This document shows, in pieces, positions 11,839-24,259 of a stretch of 41,426 bases of DNA. The translations under genes were made by a program, and so were the position numbers. Under the pieces are notes generated by a model. The model did not search any database, was not told the origin of the DNA, and saw nothing but the letters and a program-made list of their open reading frames with translations. This DNA is from Octopus bimaculoides. Taxonomy: Eukaryota. The stretch's first letter is position 1. Each line of letters opens with the position of its first letter. The stretch covers positions 48,509,257-48,550,682 of the forward strand of contig NC_068985.1 of NCBI RefSeq assembly GCF_001194135.2, read 5' to 3'.

Positions 11839-12100
11839 CGATGGTGAAGACAACGACGACGAAGATTAGGATGATGATTATCATCATCATCATCATCGTC
11901 GTCGTCGTCGTCGTCATCATCATCATCATCATCGTCATCATCATCATCATCGTCATCATCGTTGTCGTCATCTTTATTATGATCATAATCATGATCATCA
12001 TGATTATGATCATGATGAAGATCACCACTACCACCTACACCACTACAAACACCAGCATCACCACCAGTATCACAAGCAGCAGGTGGTGGTGGTGGTGGTA
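11567..12100. repeat. Compound trinucleotide tract containing a ~416-bp inverted repeat (11667-12082)
   Basis: The left arm ctgctgcttgtgatactggtggtgatgctggtgtttgtagtggtgtagg... is the reverse complement of the arm ending at 12082. Centre GATGATGAT-T-ATCATCATC at ~11879. ORFs on both strands give the same peptide KITTTTYTTTNTSITTSITSS. Confidence 0.95.
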
Positions 12101-12356
12101 ATAAGAAACAATCAAAGTAAGTTAAACAAGTTCGATATTTAGAAAGGACGTTTTTAAAGGACCAGATTCGAAGATTGATTAACAGGGGTTGCAGGGTTGT
12201 AGTGTGTTCGAAATTGATAGGCTTGAAAATTAAATGAAAAAAAAAATAGAAGATAAAAAGAAAAGTGTGACAGGGCGGGTATGTTGGTTTTTGATTAAAG
12301 ATTAATTTTGAATGCGGAAATATGAGTGCGATTTGCAGGAGATATTATTATTATTT

Positions 12357-12422
<66 letters not shown>

Positions 12423-13639
12423 GGAGCGTTGTATGTTTGTATTGCGGTATAATGTGAACCGGTATTCATGTCAGGGTATTAAACAGAAGCGAGGAGAATG
12501 AGCGAGAAAATATTTGTTTAAATAATGCGAAAGCCATAGAGACACGCGGCTAAGTTTGTCACGGAAACCTATACAGATACGCTTTCAAACGAAATGGGAA
12601 AATAGCACCGAAGANNNNNNNNNNNNNNNNNNNNNNNNNNNNNNNNNNNNNNNNNNNNNNNNNNNNNNNNNNNNNNNNNNNNNNNNNNNNNNNNNNNNNN
12701 NNNNNNNNNNNNNNNNNNNNNNNNNNNNNNNNNNNNNNNNNNNNNNNNNNNNNNNNNNNNNNNNNNNNNNNNNNNNNNNNNNNNNNNNNNNNNNNNNNNN
12801 NNNNNNNNNNNNNNNNNNNNNNNNNNNNNNNNNNNNNNNNNNNNNNNNNNNNNNNNNNNNNNNNNNNNNNNNNNNNNNNNNNNNNNNNNNNNNNNNNNNN
12901 NNNNNNNNNNNNNNNNNNNNNNNNNNNNNNNNNNNNNNNNNNNNNNNNNNNNNNNNNNNNNNNNNNNNNNNNNNNNNNNNNNNNNNNNNNNNNNNNNNNN
13001 NNNNNNNNNNNNNNNNNNNNNNNNNNNNNNNNNNNNNNNNNNNNNNNNNNNNNNNNNNNNNNNNNNNNNNNNNNNNNNNNNNNNNNNNNNNNNNNNNNNN
13101 NNNNNNNNNNNNNNNNNNNNNNNNNNNNNNNNNNNNNNNNNNNNNNNNNNNNNNNNNNNNNNNNNNNNNNNNNNNNNNNNNNNNNNNNNNNNNNNNNNNN
13201 NNNNNNNNNNNNNNNNNNNNNNNNNNNNNNNNNNNNNNNNNNNNNNNNNNNNNNATATATATATATATATATATATATACATACATATATATATATATGT
13301 ATGTATGTGTGCGTGTGTGTTTACAATGAAATAACTCAAAACCGACACAAAAAGAAAGAAAGAAAACAGCAAGGTAGAGTTGTTTAATGATGTGGCTAAG
13401 GTTAAAAACACAACCAGCCGCCTCTTTTGATGATAAACTGGAATATATCCAAGTTCAAAATATTGTAACACAGGCGCGTCTATACGGTGATGCTGTATTT
13501 CAGAGAAAGAACTCTATTTATTGAACGTATTGTAGTTTCATTGTTGGCAATCAATTTGAACATCAATCAGAAACTTTGATATAATCCGTATTGATTTCTT
13601 TTTATTCATTTCTTTATTGATATATACATCTATTTATTG

Positions 13640-13683
<44 letters not shown>

Positions 13684-14477
13684 GTATATGTAATTGTGTG
13701 TGTCTGTGTGTCTGTGAGTATGGTAGGTGATATATTTGTTTAGGAATGTATGAATGTTTTGAAAGTGCGCAGATTCAGTTGAATATAGTGTGTAGGCGCT
13801 TAGAGGGTGAAGCAGGCGGCAGAGGAAGATCTCGATCAATTATTTCTAAATTGTCTATGTGATTATCACAAGGGAATTGTTGCAGGTGATACGTATGAAA
13901 TGTTTTATGGTTGCAAAACCTCTGTTCGTGGAATCTAGGTAATAGGCTCGATTTCCGCTTGAGACATTTCTTTATAGTTAGCAAGTAAATAGTAGCATAG
14001 AACCACAAGCAAACAAACAAAAAAAAAACAATTGTTGATGTTGATTTGATTAACCAAATCTCTTTCGGAGACACACATCTCCCTTTGGGAACGTTAGAGA
14101 AATTACGGGGTACGTATCAGTACACTGGAATTTTAATATAATCAAAACCAACAAATCGCAGTTCATGTGCGTAGAAGAAAAAGATGAACAGGCATTTGTC
14201 CTTCCCTAGCCTCCTCCAACCTTTATGGATTTGAGCTTTCGTAAGAAATCAATTTTATTTAATTCAATGCTGCAGTTTTCATTAAATGACTTCTTTGGCT
14301 CTTTCTAACCGGTAACTCAATCCTAAGTACAGTTACAGAGTAGCACGTCTGCATATCATATAAATTGATCGTCTTGCAAGGAAGGAGTATTTGTTTACAA
14401 TGCTGAAAAAAAGATGATACTAATGATGGGAATTTATTTTAGATACGATGATATGGCTAAAATATTGATCTGTTGCT

Positions 14478-15545
14478 GAGTGGAGCAAGAGGACCTCTTT
14501 GTCCACTATAAATCGACCCTCCTTATCAATGCCAAGATGAACTGCCGACTTACCGAGATCGCCTGGATATGCAAAAAATCCAGTGACAACAACAGCCGGG
14601 GCCGGTACACATATGTTATTCAGTTCCTAAAACACTTGGGGGCCAACGTATATATCCTACATCCGTTTCTAACTCCATACAAAAATACAGGCCAGCTAAG
14701 TGTCGCAAGATGGATCAATCTAAAGCCTGTTTCCTGAAGATTCCCCACTTCAATGAGAAGAACATCTGCGCCACCTACAAGGCAATCTGCAGGGGAGGAC
14801 TGAACATTCGATTGGCTCGTTCAGGACCGTTCCTACGCAAACATCTATCAACGTTCAGTACAACAACCCTGTACTTTAACGAACTGCCTATTCACAACCA
14901 TAACATATGATTACGCATGCGCTTGGTATACCAAATACAATGATCCTAATGCGGCAACCACAACATCGGTACCACAACACGACCACTCCACATCCGAATT
15001 AAGGAGCATCTCACCACCAACGCGTCCTCCTTCCGCAACCACCTGACCAGAAGTGGCAACACCACCAAGGAGATAGACGCCTCCATACTAGCCTCTGGGA
15101 ATAACATCGGCAATTTACTTATAAAAGAGGCTCTGCTGATCCACCGTTTCAACCTGAAAATTAACAGTCGACCGGAGTTAAGTCAGTGGTTCTTATGACA
15201 GCATCCAACAGATGTTGAATCGCTTACAACTGCAGTCGACATTTGTTTACACCAACACTCGGACAGGCGGCAACACTTAAAGGGCGACTGACACTACTAC
15301 TACTGATATAACGCCGTCACACTACAAATGGTGAGTAGCTTATAGCAACAGCTGCGTGTTTCTTTGTTTACGCAACGCGTGAGACGTCGATTACACCTAC
15401 ATGTGGAGAGCGATGGGTGCTGTTACTTAAGCGCTAGGGAATTTGAATGGGTTAACGGATCCTACATAACTGGACTTTTCTTAGACTGTCCTTTCTATCT
15501 AAAGATGGGCCTTTGCGCCTGAAATTTAAAGGTTTTATTAAACTT
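14478..15545 (+). mobile_element. Penelope-like element, 5'-truncated: RT thumb, linker, GIY-YIG endonuclease and 3' pseudo-LTR
   Basis: DLFVHYKS...KMN...EIAWICKKSSD (thumb); LKIPHFNEK...GGLNIRLARSGPFLRKHLS (linker); 14923-15198 LVYQIQ*S*CGNHNIGTTTRPLHIRIKEHL...KEALLIHRFNLKINSRPEL (GIY-YIG with stops). The tail is cut by a gap at 15548. Confidence 0.9.
15499..15530 (+). ncRNA. Degenerate hammerhead ribozyme-like motif in PLE tail
   Basis: CTAAAGA-T-GGGC-ctttgc-GCCT-GAAA-TTTAAA: core CUGANGA with one G>A change, 4-bp stem II, palindromic loop III. Stem I is not evident. Confidence 0.3.
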
Positions 15546-16248
15546 TCNNNNNNNNNNNNNNNNNNNNNNNNNNNNNNNNNNNNNNNNNNNNNNNNNNNNN
15601 NNNNNNNNNNNNNNNNNNNNNNNNNNNNNNNNNNNNNNNNNNNNNNNNNNNNNNNNNNNNNNNNNNNNNNNNNNNNNNNNNNNNNNNNNNNNNNNNNNNN
15701 NNNNNNNNNNNNNNNNNNNNNNNNNNNNNNNNNTATATTTATATATATACGTCAATAATAATAGTGATTGTTTCTTATTAGGAACTAGAGGGTTAATAGG
15801 ACTGCAAGAGAAGATTAAACTTTGGTTGTAGAACAAACAACAAATTTAAGGTCATCCACTTAATATGTCACATCTCGAACATTTAATCACATATAAAGAA
15901 ACAATGCTTTTTCTTATACATAAAATACGGATGCACAAAATCACAGAAGATGAAACAATATTTCATTTGGACAAGCATATAGAAAAAAGTGAGTACAATC
16001 TATCGCAATATAAAAAATTTAAAAATTAATACTTCAGTGTCTAAAAACATTTTTTACATTATAAAATCGAAAATAATAAATATCTAAAAATATAAGAATA
16101 CGTATATATAAGGAACATATAAATACATAAGGTATAGATAAAAGTTCATCGATTAAGAATTTTTTACGGTTAAAAGTTATTTTTTAAGATAAAAGGAAAC
16201 CTTTTAAGAAAAGCCGGTGTCCAAGCAAAAAAAAAACCCTATTTACAG

Positions 16249-16330
16249 TCCCTATGGCCATTTCAGGGGTTCATCAACGTAGTCAATGCAAGAGGGTGCA
16301 TTACGGTAATGACTCCTTCGTCAGGTGAAA
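16249..16330 (-). ncRNA. Candidate type I hammerhead-like motif (PLE-tail type)
   Basis: Minus strand ttcac-CTGACGA-AGG[agtc...aatgca ccctct tgcatt gact...]CCT-GAAA-TGGCCA-TA-ggga: intact core, long structured stem II, palindromic stem III, stem I with a mismatch. Confidence 0.35.
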
Positions 16331-17756
16331 ATAATAACACCACATACCAAGACGAGATTTCTTTGGGAAAGGCGATGCATCATTGCATGGTTTCTTTAAT
16401 AAGAGATCATGCGCAGACCAGTCCAACTATTCAAAAATTTGGCCCTCTCTTTCTTTAACTCCCAATTTCCTCCTCGTTTATCTCCCCTTTACTTTTCCCT
16501 TTGTCTCTTTGATTTTTATTTTCTAATCCTTCAATCCCATTGCCCGCTACTCCTCACCCTTCCGGTGTTCTGCCAGCCATGATTTTATTTTCTTGGCCTG
16601 ACTGCCGACCGCCAACACCTTATGTCCATCTTCAATGTTACTACCTTAAAGCTTTTACTTCATACGCTGCAGCTCAATTTGATGCGTCCTCAGTCGAAAG
16701 ACACCTATTATATTCTTGTTGTTTGTATTTGTAGCTGTGTACAATGTTATCAGTTTTATGTCTTAGTTGTAGACATTCGCTAGATTTCTTACAAAAAATC
16801 TAATGCTCTTAGCTTAAACGTTGGTGCGGGGGAGGGGGCAACCAGATCGCACAGTCTCAAGTGTAACTGCCCGAAATTCTAAGGACATCTGGTAACTTGA
16901 CTGAGGAAAGAAGGCCATGAATGACTCGTTATTTTCTTCCTGTCACTCTAATTGTTGTTTCTCCTGTCCGTCTTTGTATCGTCCATCTGTCCGGATGTTT
17001 TATTGTCATCTGTTGCGCTCTTGTTCCATTTGATGTATATATATATATATATATATNNNNNNNNNNNNNNNNNNNNNNNNNNNNNNNNNNNNNNNNNNNN
17101 NNNNNNNNNNNNNNNNNNNNNNNNNNNNNNNNNNNNNNNNNNNNNNNNNNNNNNNNNNNNNNNNNNNNNNNNNNNNNNNNNNNNNNNNNNNNNNNNNNNN
17201 NNNNNNNNNNNNNNNNNNNNNNNNNNNNNNNNNNNNNNNNNNNNNNNNNNNNNNNNNNNNNNNNNNNNNNNNNNNNNNNNNNNNNNNNNNNNNNNNNNNN
17301 NNNNNNNNNNNNNNNNNNNNNNNNNNNNNNNNNNNNNNNNNNNNNNNNNNNNNNNNNNNNNNNNNNNNNNNNNNNNNNNNNNNNNNNNNNNNNNNNNNNN
17401 NNNNNNNNNNNNNNNNNNNNNNNNNNNNNNNNNNNNNNNNNNNNNNNNNNNNNNNNNNNNNNNNNNNNNNNNNNNNNNNNNNNNNNNNNNNNNNNNNNNN
17501 NNNNNNNNNNNNNNNNNNNNNNNNNNNNNNNNNNNNNNNNNNNNNNNNNNNNNNNNNNNNNNNNNNNNNNNNNNNNNNNNNNNNNNNNNNNNNNNNNNNN
17601 NNNNNNNNNNNNNNNNNNNNNNNNNNNNNNNNNNNNNNNNNNNNNNNNNNNNNNNNNNNNNNNNNNNNNNNNNNNNNNNNNNNNNNNNNNNNNNNNNNNN
17701 NNNNNNNNNNNNNNNNNNNNNNNNNNNNNNNNNNNNNNNNNNNNNATACATATATA

Positions 17757-17960
17757 TCTTCTTTTATTCATTCATTTGTTTGTCATTTGACTGCGGCTAA
17801 GCTAGAGCACCACATTTAGTCGAACAAATTGACCCCAGGACTTTGTAAGCCTAATGCTTATTCTATCGGATCATTTTTGCCGAACCGCTAAGTTACAGGG
17901 ACATAACCACTTCAATATCGGTTGTCAAACAATGCTGGGGGCATAAACACAGACACACAA
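17757..17960 (-). mobile_element. SINE family B (octopus OR-type), partial
   Basis: gtcatttgactgcggctaagctagagcacc...gtcgaacaaattgaccccaggact...ttattctatcggatc...gccgaaccgctaagttacaggg. Shares the CGATA.AATAAG...CTGGGGTC.AT..TCGAC domain with family A. Confidence 0.75.
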
Positions 17961-19849
17961 ACATCATATATCTATATATATATATATATATATATTGAAA
18001 TTCTCCAATCGAAGTCGTATTTTCTTTTTTTTTTTTTTTTCGCAGTTTAACTGTGATGCGAAAGATAGTAACAGCCAAGAATACAGAAATACACTTCCTT
18101 AAATGTATTGAGTATACAAATTCATTTCCAATGCGCGCACGCCCACACACACACACACATACACATGTGCGCGCGCTCGCACTGTTGTGCGTGTGTTTGT
18201 GTAGGCGTATTTGTGTATGTTTGGATGAATATGTTCAACTATGTTGATGTACGCACACAATCAGAAAATTAAATATGTTTATGCTCAGATATTTGTTTCT
18301 CCCTCTATATGTTTGTGTCCGTTGAGTGGCTTTAGGTCCGATTGCTTCTTCTTTATAAGTGTATCAGTATTTGTGTGTCTGTATGTGCCTATGTTTGTGT
18401 ACAGGCATGGTTGTATGAAATTGATGACGTGATCATGGATGACTTTGTCATATTTCATTTCTATTTTCTCACACCTCATAAAACGTCTTCCTTTCCCGTT
18501 TTATAGTTCGTATATTATATTTTTCCCGCTTGCAATCATCTCGACATTTCTAGAGGTGTTTCATTTTATCTTCACGATGATATATGTTTCACTGTCCGAA
18601 ATGATGTCGCCTTTGACAATGTTAACAGAGCTTTTGAAATTCTCAGTTTAAATATATTGGTTTCTTCAAAATAAATACAGAATTATTCTTCCTGAAAATT
18701 CAGCAACACAGAATGTGTTCATTCTTCAAGCTGCCGCCATAATCATGCATTTCACCATTAAGTAGGAGGAATATTTCATTCTCTTTAGATTTGATAAGTC
18801 GTCAGTTTTCTGTTGCAAGTCTCTGTTAAAAAAATTTTAAATGTGAGCAATGTTCATTCCGTGTTAGGGTGCGATGTTCTCCAAAATATAACAACCGATA
18901 CGGCGTGGTGCATAGCACCATAACCATGGCTAGAAAATACGACTCTGCGAATTGCAAACAATAGTGAGGAAAGTGAAAGGTGTTCATGAACCTCCACTTC
19001 GTTCTTGCGCTCACGCCATGAGTTATTTTCAGTGTTTATAAGACATTTAGTGCATATTACACCATGCTGATTTTGAAGTACTTCTTCCTAAACCATACTC
19101 TCTATAATTGCTCTGAAAATGATTAGTCTTCTGGACCTCGAAATGCTTAATTATCAGACGTTCAAAACACACATAAGATCTGACTGCTGTTTTTCTCCAA
19201 TTGAAATAAAATCTCTATTAATAAGGGCTTTCTCTTCCTTTATTTCCCTCTCTCTCCCTCTTTTCCTCCTTCCCTCCCTCCCTCCCTCTCTCTCTTTTCA
19301 CGTATTCTTTACTATAGCTGTTGCTTTTTAGAGCCGTATCATTTTTGACATAGCACAGCTATAATCAGACCTTCCCAGCCATGGCCATTGCGTCATTCTC
19401 ACGCTCATTTATGTATCACCTATACTTGAAACTACAACTTTCGATCATGAAAGTATCCAGACGCTTTCAATACTAAAACTAATATAGTACTGGAATCGTC
19501 CATGAACGAACCGTTGTGTAGCATAGACTGTAAGCGGTGAAGAGAAGGAAAATATAGAATAAAGCATTTGAAGTCGCTATCATATTACGAATCTTCAAAT
19601 GGATGATTTAAGATGTTTCAATGCCATAAATTTAACACATTATTTTTATATAAAACCATTTGGTATATTTCTTTAGCAATAAACTTGGTGCTTTCTTCTG
19701 GAACCACTTAGCCGAACAAAAATTTCTTCCAGAAGGTGAACGAACCAGTGATAGGTTCTCTTAAGTTTGTTGTATCACTTTTGTTGCCGTTTGAATACTT
19801 ATTGTTAAAAAAAAAAAAACCGGCGCTATCATTTCAGAGATCATCCTCA

Positions 19850-19945
19850 TCGCCGCCGCATCCGCCGCATCCGCCGCATCCGCCGCCCCCGCCGCCTCCG
19901 CCTCTGCCGTCGCCGCTGCCGTCGCTGCCGCCTCCGTCGTCGTAG
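19850..19945. repeat. GC-rich (CCG)n/(CCGCCGCAT)n compound repeat
   Basis: ccgccgcat x3, then ccgccgcccc gccgcctccgcctctgccgtcgccgctgccgtcg; the most CpG-dense stretch in the window. Confidence 0.95.
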
Positions 19946-20270
19946 AGGGTTTGTTGGATACAGTGTGAGGCGACTGTTGTTATCGTTAGGCCTGACTCAT
20001 CGTAAAGTAAATAACACCATGAACGATATCCAAACTACATGGGAAAAGGCTAGCCACTGGACTTGGTTAGAAAGAGACGATGTGCGATGGCTAAAAGAAT
20101 ATTGAGCATTATTTGATAACCAGTTGATCTAGCAGGGGAGAGGTCTAATATCAGTCGGGGGGGGGGGACATTGATGACGTCGAGAGGTAGGCCCCGAAAC
20201 GGCGCGCATTCTCTCTTGATGACCTGCTACACTTGCTGTCTTCCGGTATGCGGAGTTCTCGATTAGTAGC

Positions 20271-20370
20271 ACTTGCATATGCAAGTTGTTTGCAAAATAT
20301 ATATTTGCACTGAAGCAGTTCTGATTTTGGCGCAAAACAATTCAGAACGCCGACAGTTGAAATTTTTTCA
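20271..20370. promoter_or_regulatory. Cluster of palindromic motifs (octamer/POU-like and E2F-like); function unproven
   Basis: ACTTGCATATGCAAGT (perfect 16-bp palindrome, 20271-20286); TGCAAA-ATATATA-TTTGCA; GTTCTGA-TTTTGGCGCAAAA-CAAT-TCAGAAC; TGAAA-TTT-TTTCA. Confidence 0.3.
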
Positions 20371-21431
20371 CTTGGCAAAACTTGCTGATGAAGGTTAAAA
20401 CTTCTCGCCAGAACTAGAAATCATGATTAAATTGTATAAAAATACCAAAATATATAGCATTGAGTTGTCTTGGTATATTAGAATTCATTAACCCGTTCGC
20501 CTGACTACTGTTTTTCTGTTGAAGTTTTTCAGTGTTATTCGTGGTTTAAATGAGGGTTTTAACCTTTCTAGTAGGTAGGTACGTTGTGTGCCCTTATGAA
20601 CGACCGCTAGTCACTAAAGCTTCTTTTATTCTCCCTGTTTATTTTCTCGTGTTCCTTTCTGTTGAAGAGCGTAGGCTCGAAACATAAAAGACTTTCTCAT
20701 CTTCAGGAGCGTGAAACTAAAACACCTGTTTGCGGTTTATACACCTGTCTTCGTCTTATGTTTCTTTTTGTATGTATGNNNNNNNNNNNNNNNNNNNNNN
20801 NNNNNNNNNNNNNNNNNNNNNNNNNNNNNNNNNNNNNNNNNNNNNNNNNNNNNNNNNNNNNNNNNNNNNNNNNNNNNNNNNNNNNNNNNNNNNNNNNNNN
20901 NNNNNNNNNNNNNNNNNNNNNNNNNNNNNNNNNNNNNNNNNNNNNNNNNNNNNNNNNNNNNNNNNNNNNNNNNNNNNNNNNNNNNNNNNNNNNNNNNNNN
21001 NNNNNNNNNNNNNNNNNNNNNNNNNNNNNNNNNNNNNNNNNNNNNNNNNNNNNNNNNNNNNNNNNNNNNNNNNNNNNNNNNNNNNNNNNNNNNNNNNNNN
21101 NNNNNNNNNNNNNNNNNNNNNNNNNNNNNNNNNNNNNNNNNNNNNNNNNNNNNNNNNNNNNNNNNNNNNNNNNNNNNNNNNNNNNNNNNNNNNNNNNNNN
21201 NNNNNNNNNNNNNNNNNNNNNNNNNNNNNNNNNNNNNNNNNNNNNNNNNNNNNNNNNNNNNNNNNNNNNNNNNNNNNNNNNNNNNNNNNNNNNNNNNNNN
21301 NNNNNNNNNNNNNNNNNNNNNNNNNNNNNNNNNNNNNNNNNNNNNNNNNNNNNNNNNNNNNNNNNNNNNNNNNNNNNNNNNNNNNNNNNNNNNNNNNNNN
21401 NNNNNNNNNNNNNNNNNNNNNNNNNNNNNNN

Positions 21432-21465
<34 letters not shown>

Positions 21466-22106
21466 ATAAGAGTGAAAAAACTACAGAAGGCTTCTGTTAC
21501 ATGGTTAAAGTATATATTTAAATTATGTCAGAAAAATGTTATAAAATTTTTTTGGTATATAAACATTGTATTTGGAGAAATAACCGGTTTCGTGTTGTCT
21601 TTTCAAATTTCTCTACTTCATATATATTCTCTATTTGATATTCCATATGAGTAAGGTAAATATCAAACCTTTCTTTACTTCCATCAGTATAAAAACTCAT
21701 AAAATGGCCTCCAACTAACTTACCGAATCACTGAAATGGCAAAGACTACTAATTTATCTTTTACGTCCCTTCTCAGTTGTTTCCAGTAATTATTTCCTTA
21801 TTAATTTCTCTCGTGTTTTCTCTTTTTTTAATTTATTTTTGCTATATGTTTTGTCTGATTAGTCCCTGCAGGAGTATTTAAATGAAACAGTAGTCGCTTG
21901 TTATTATAAGGCGTCTCAACAGTAAACTGCATAACAGTATATGTATGTCAGTGTGTGTGTTTGGGTGTGCATATGTACATATATATATACAAAAGATAGA
22001 CATACACAATATGTATATGTCTATTATATAATGCGTGACTATATGTATATATAGATATATAAGTATATATATATATATAGATACATACATATATANNNNN
22101 NNNNNG

Positions 22107-22415
22107 TATGTATGTATGTATGTATGTATGTATGTATGTATCTATCTATCTACATCTCTATCTATCTATCTATCTATCTACACCTCTGTTTATAAAAATA
22201 TATTCATAAACACAATTATATATATATACAAAAATAATTGTATGCAATGTTATATATATATATATAATTGTGTGTATGGATATATCTTTATAAACAGAGA
22301 TGTAGATAAATAGATATTTGATAGATAAATAGATAGATTGATAGATAGATAGAGATAGATAGATACATACATACATACATACATACATACATACATACAT
22401 ACATACATACATGCA
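22107..22415. repeat. ~310-bp fold-back inverted repeat built of (GTAT)(CTAT) tracts plus unique arms
   Basis: The left arm ctacacctctgtttataaaaatatattcataaacacaattatatatatata matches the reverse complement of the right arm (ctacatctctgtttataaagatatatccatacacacaattatatatatata) with 4 mismatches in ~51 bp. Loop about 22 bp. Confidence 0.92.
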
Positions 22416-22806
22416 TGCATGCATACAGGGTATGGGAGAGAGAGAGGATTGAAATACTGAAGCCCGCGTTCTCTAGGTGACGAATGAATGAAATGATGAG
22501 ATGGTAAAATACAGGCTGAATCTAGCCAATTATACGAATGAAAACTTTTTTTTATTGCATTGTTTTATCTTTTTATAATAGCTTCCCAATCTTACTTTAA
22601 GATAATTAATTTAATTAACTAACTTGTCCAATAAGACATAAATTTTCTTCCAGATCGTGAGACTTATTTAAACATTCCCATAAATCTCATCATACGAAAT
22701 GGCTTTCTTTTCTTGTTCTTCGGTGCGGTGCCAAAGTTTCATTCAGTCTTAATGTGGAGTTCTTTTTCTTTCTCGCTCTCACTCTCTCTCTCGCTCGCTC
22801 TCTCTA

Positions 22807-22883
<77 letters not shown>

Positions 22884-23496
22884 CTTTCTTTCTTTCGCTC
22901 TCTCTATCTACCTATCTGTCTGTCTATCTATCTATCTCACTCTATCCCTCACCCTCTGACGTTGTTCAGTTGTTCTCTTTCATTTTCTTTCTATTTCTGC
23001 CTCTCTTTCGTTTACCTATCTATTTACTTGTTTCTCTTTCTCTCCGACGCTTGTTATGTAAGGCAAGGTCTCACACATATGCATTCCTACACAAACACAC
23101 ACAAACAAAGACGCATACACACATGTACAAAGAATCCCCGATATACAAACACGTATGTGTGCGTGTGTGAGCTTTACTGTGGGTGTGTGTGAATGTGTGT
23201 GTGTGTCACTTAATATATTGTGAGTCTTATATTCAACGTTCCTTGTTTTTCAGCATTCCAAAACATTGATTTTTAGGTACAAGTGTAAGTAAATTGGATC
23301 AGTCTTTCCACTCGTTTCACCTGCATTTTGTGTGTTCGCTTTGTGAGAGAGGGCGGGGATCGATGAAAGAGTGTAAGTGTGTGTCAGTGTGTGCGTTTTT
23401 GTGTGACCCGCAGTAATGTTTTTTCAAGTCTCACACATTTCCATGTATTCCCAGACAGCGTATCTCACCTGATTATCGAGTAGGCACACGCATATA

Positions 23497-23527
<31 letters not shown>

Positions 23528-23604
23528 NNNNNNNNNNNNNNNNNNNNNNNNNNNNTGTGTATATATATATATATATATATATATAAACACAGATAGATAG
23601 ATAA

Positions 23605-23657
<53 letters not shown>

Positions 23658-23760
23658 CGGACAGACAGAGAAAAAGAAAAACAGACAGACAGGCAGACAG
23701 ACAAACAGGCAGACAGACAGACAGATAGACAGACATAGATAGATAAATAGATAGATAAAT

Positions 23761-23817
<57 letters not shown>

Positions 23818-24070
23818 CACATACCTACATACACCCAAATTTGGCAACTGTAAAAGAAAGAACCCACCATATAACATTATATAAAGGATACTGCGAGCAG
23901 ATGACCTGCCTTGACACGAGCTGCAATGAGGTAGCTTTCATTTGCTTTAACTTGATCTGAAATGCAATGTGTGTGGTTGTTGAGATTATGTATTTCCATG
24001 CTGCTAATAGATGCCAACTTAGCAAACACTTATGCTAAAAGGTGACATAAATCTAAAATGTTTCAGAGTA

Positions 24071-24101
<31 letters not shown>

Positions 24102-24210
24102 NNNNNNNNNNNNNNNNNNNNNNNNNNNNNNNNNNNNNNNNNNNNNNNNNNNNNNNNNNNNNNNNNNNNNNNNNNNNNNNNNNNNNNNNNNNNNNNNNNN
24201 NNNNNNNNNN

Positions 24211-24259
<49 letters not shown>

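Noticed and set aside
20170-20210. TTGATGA...GAAAC hammerhead-like spacing
   Set aside because: No convincing stem II or stem I pairing.
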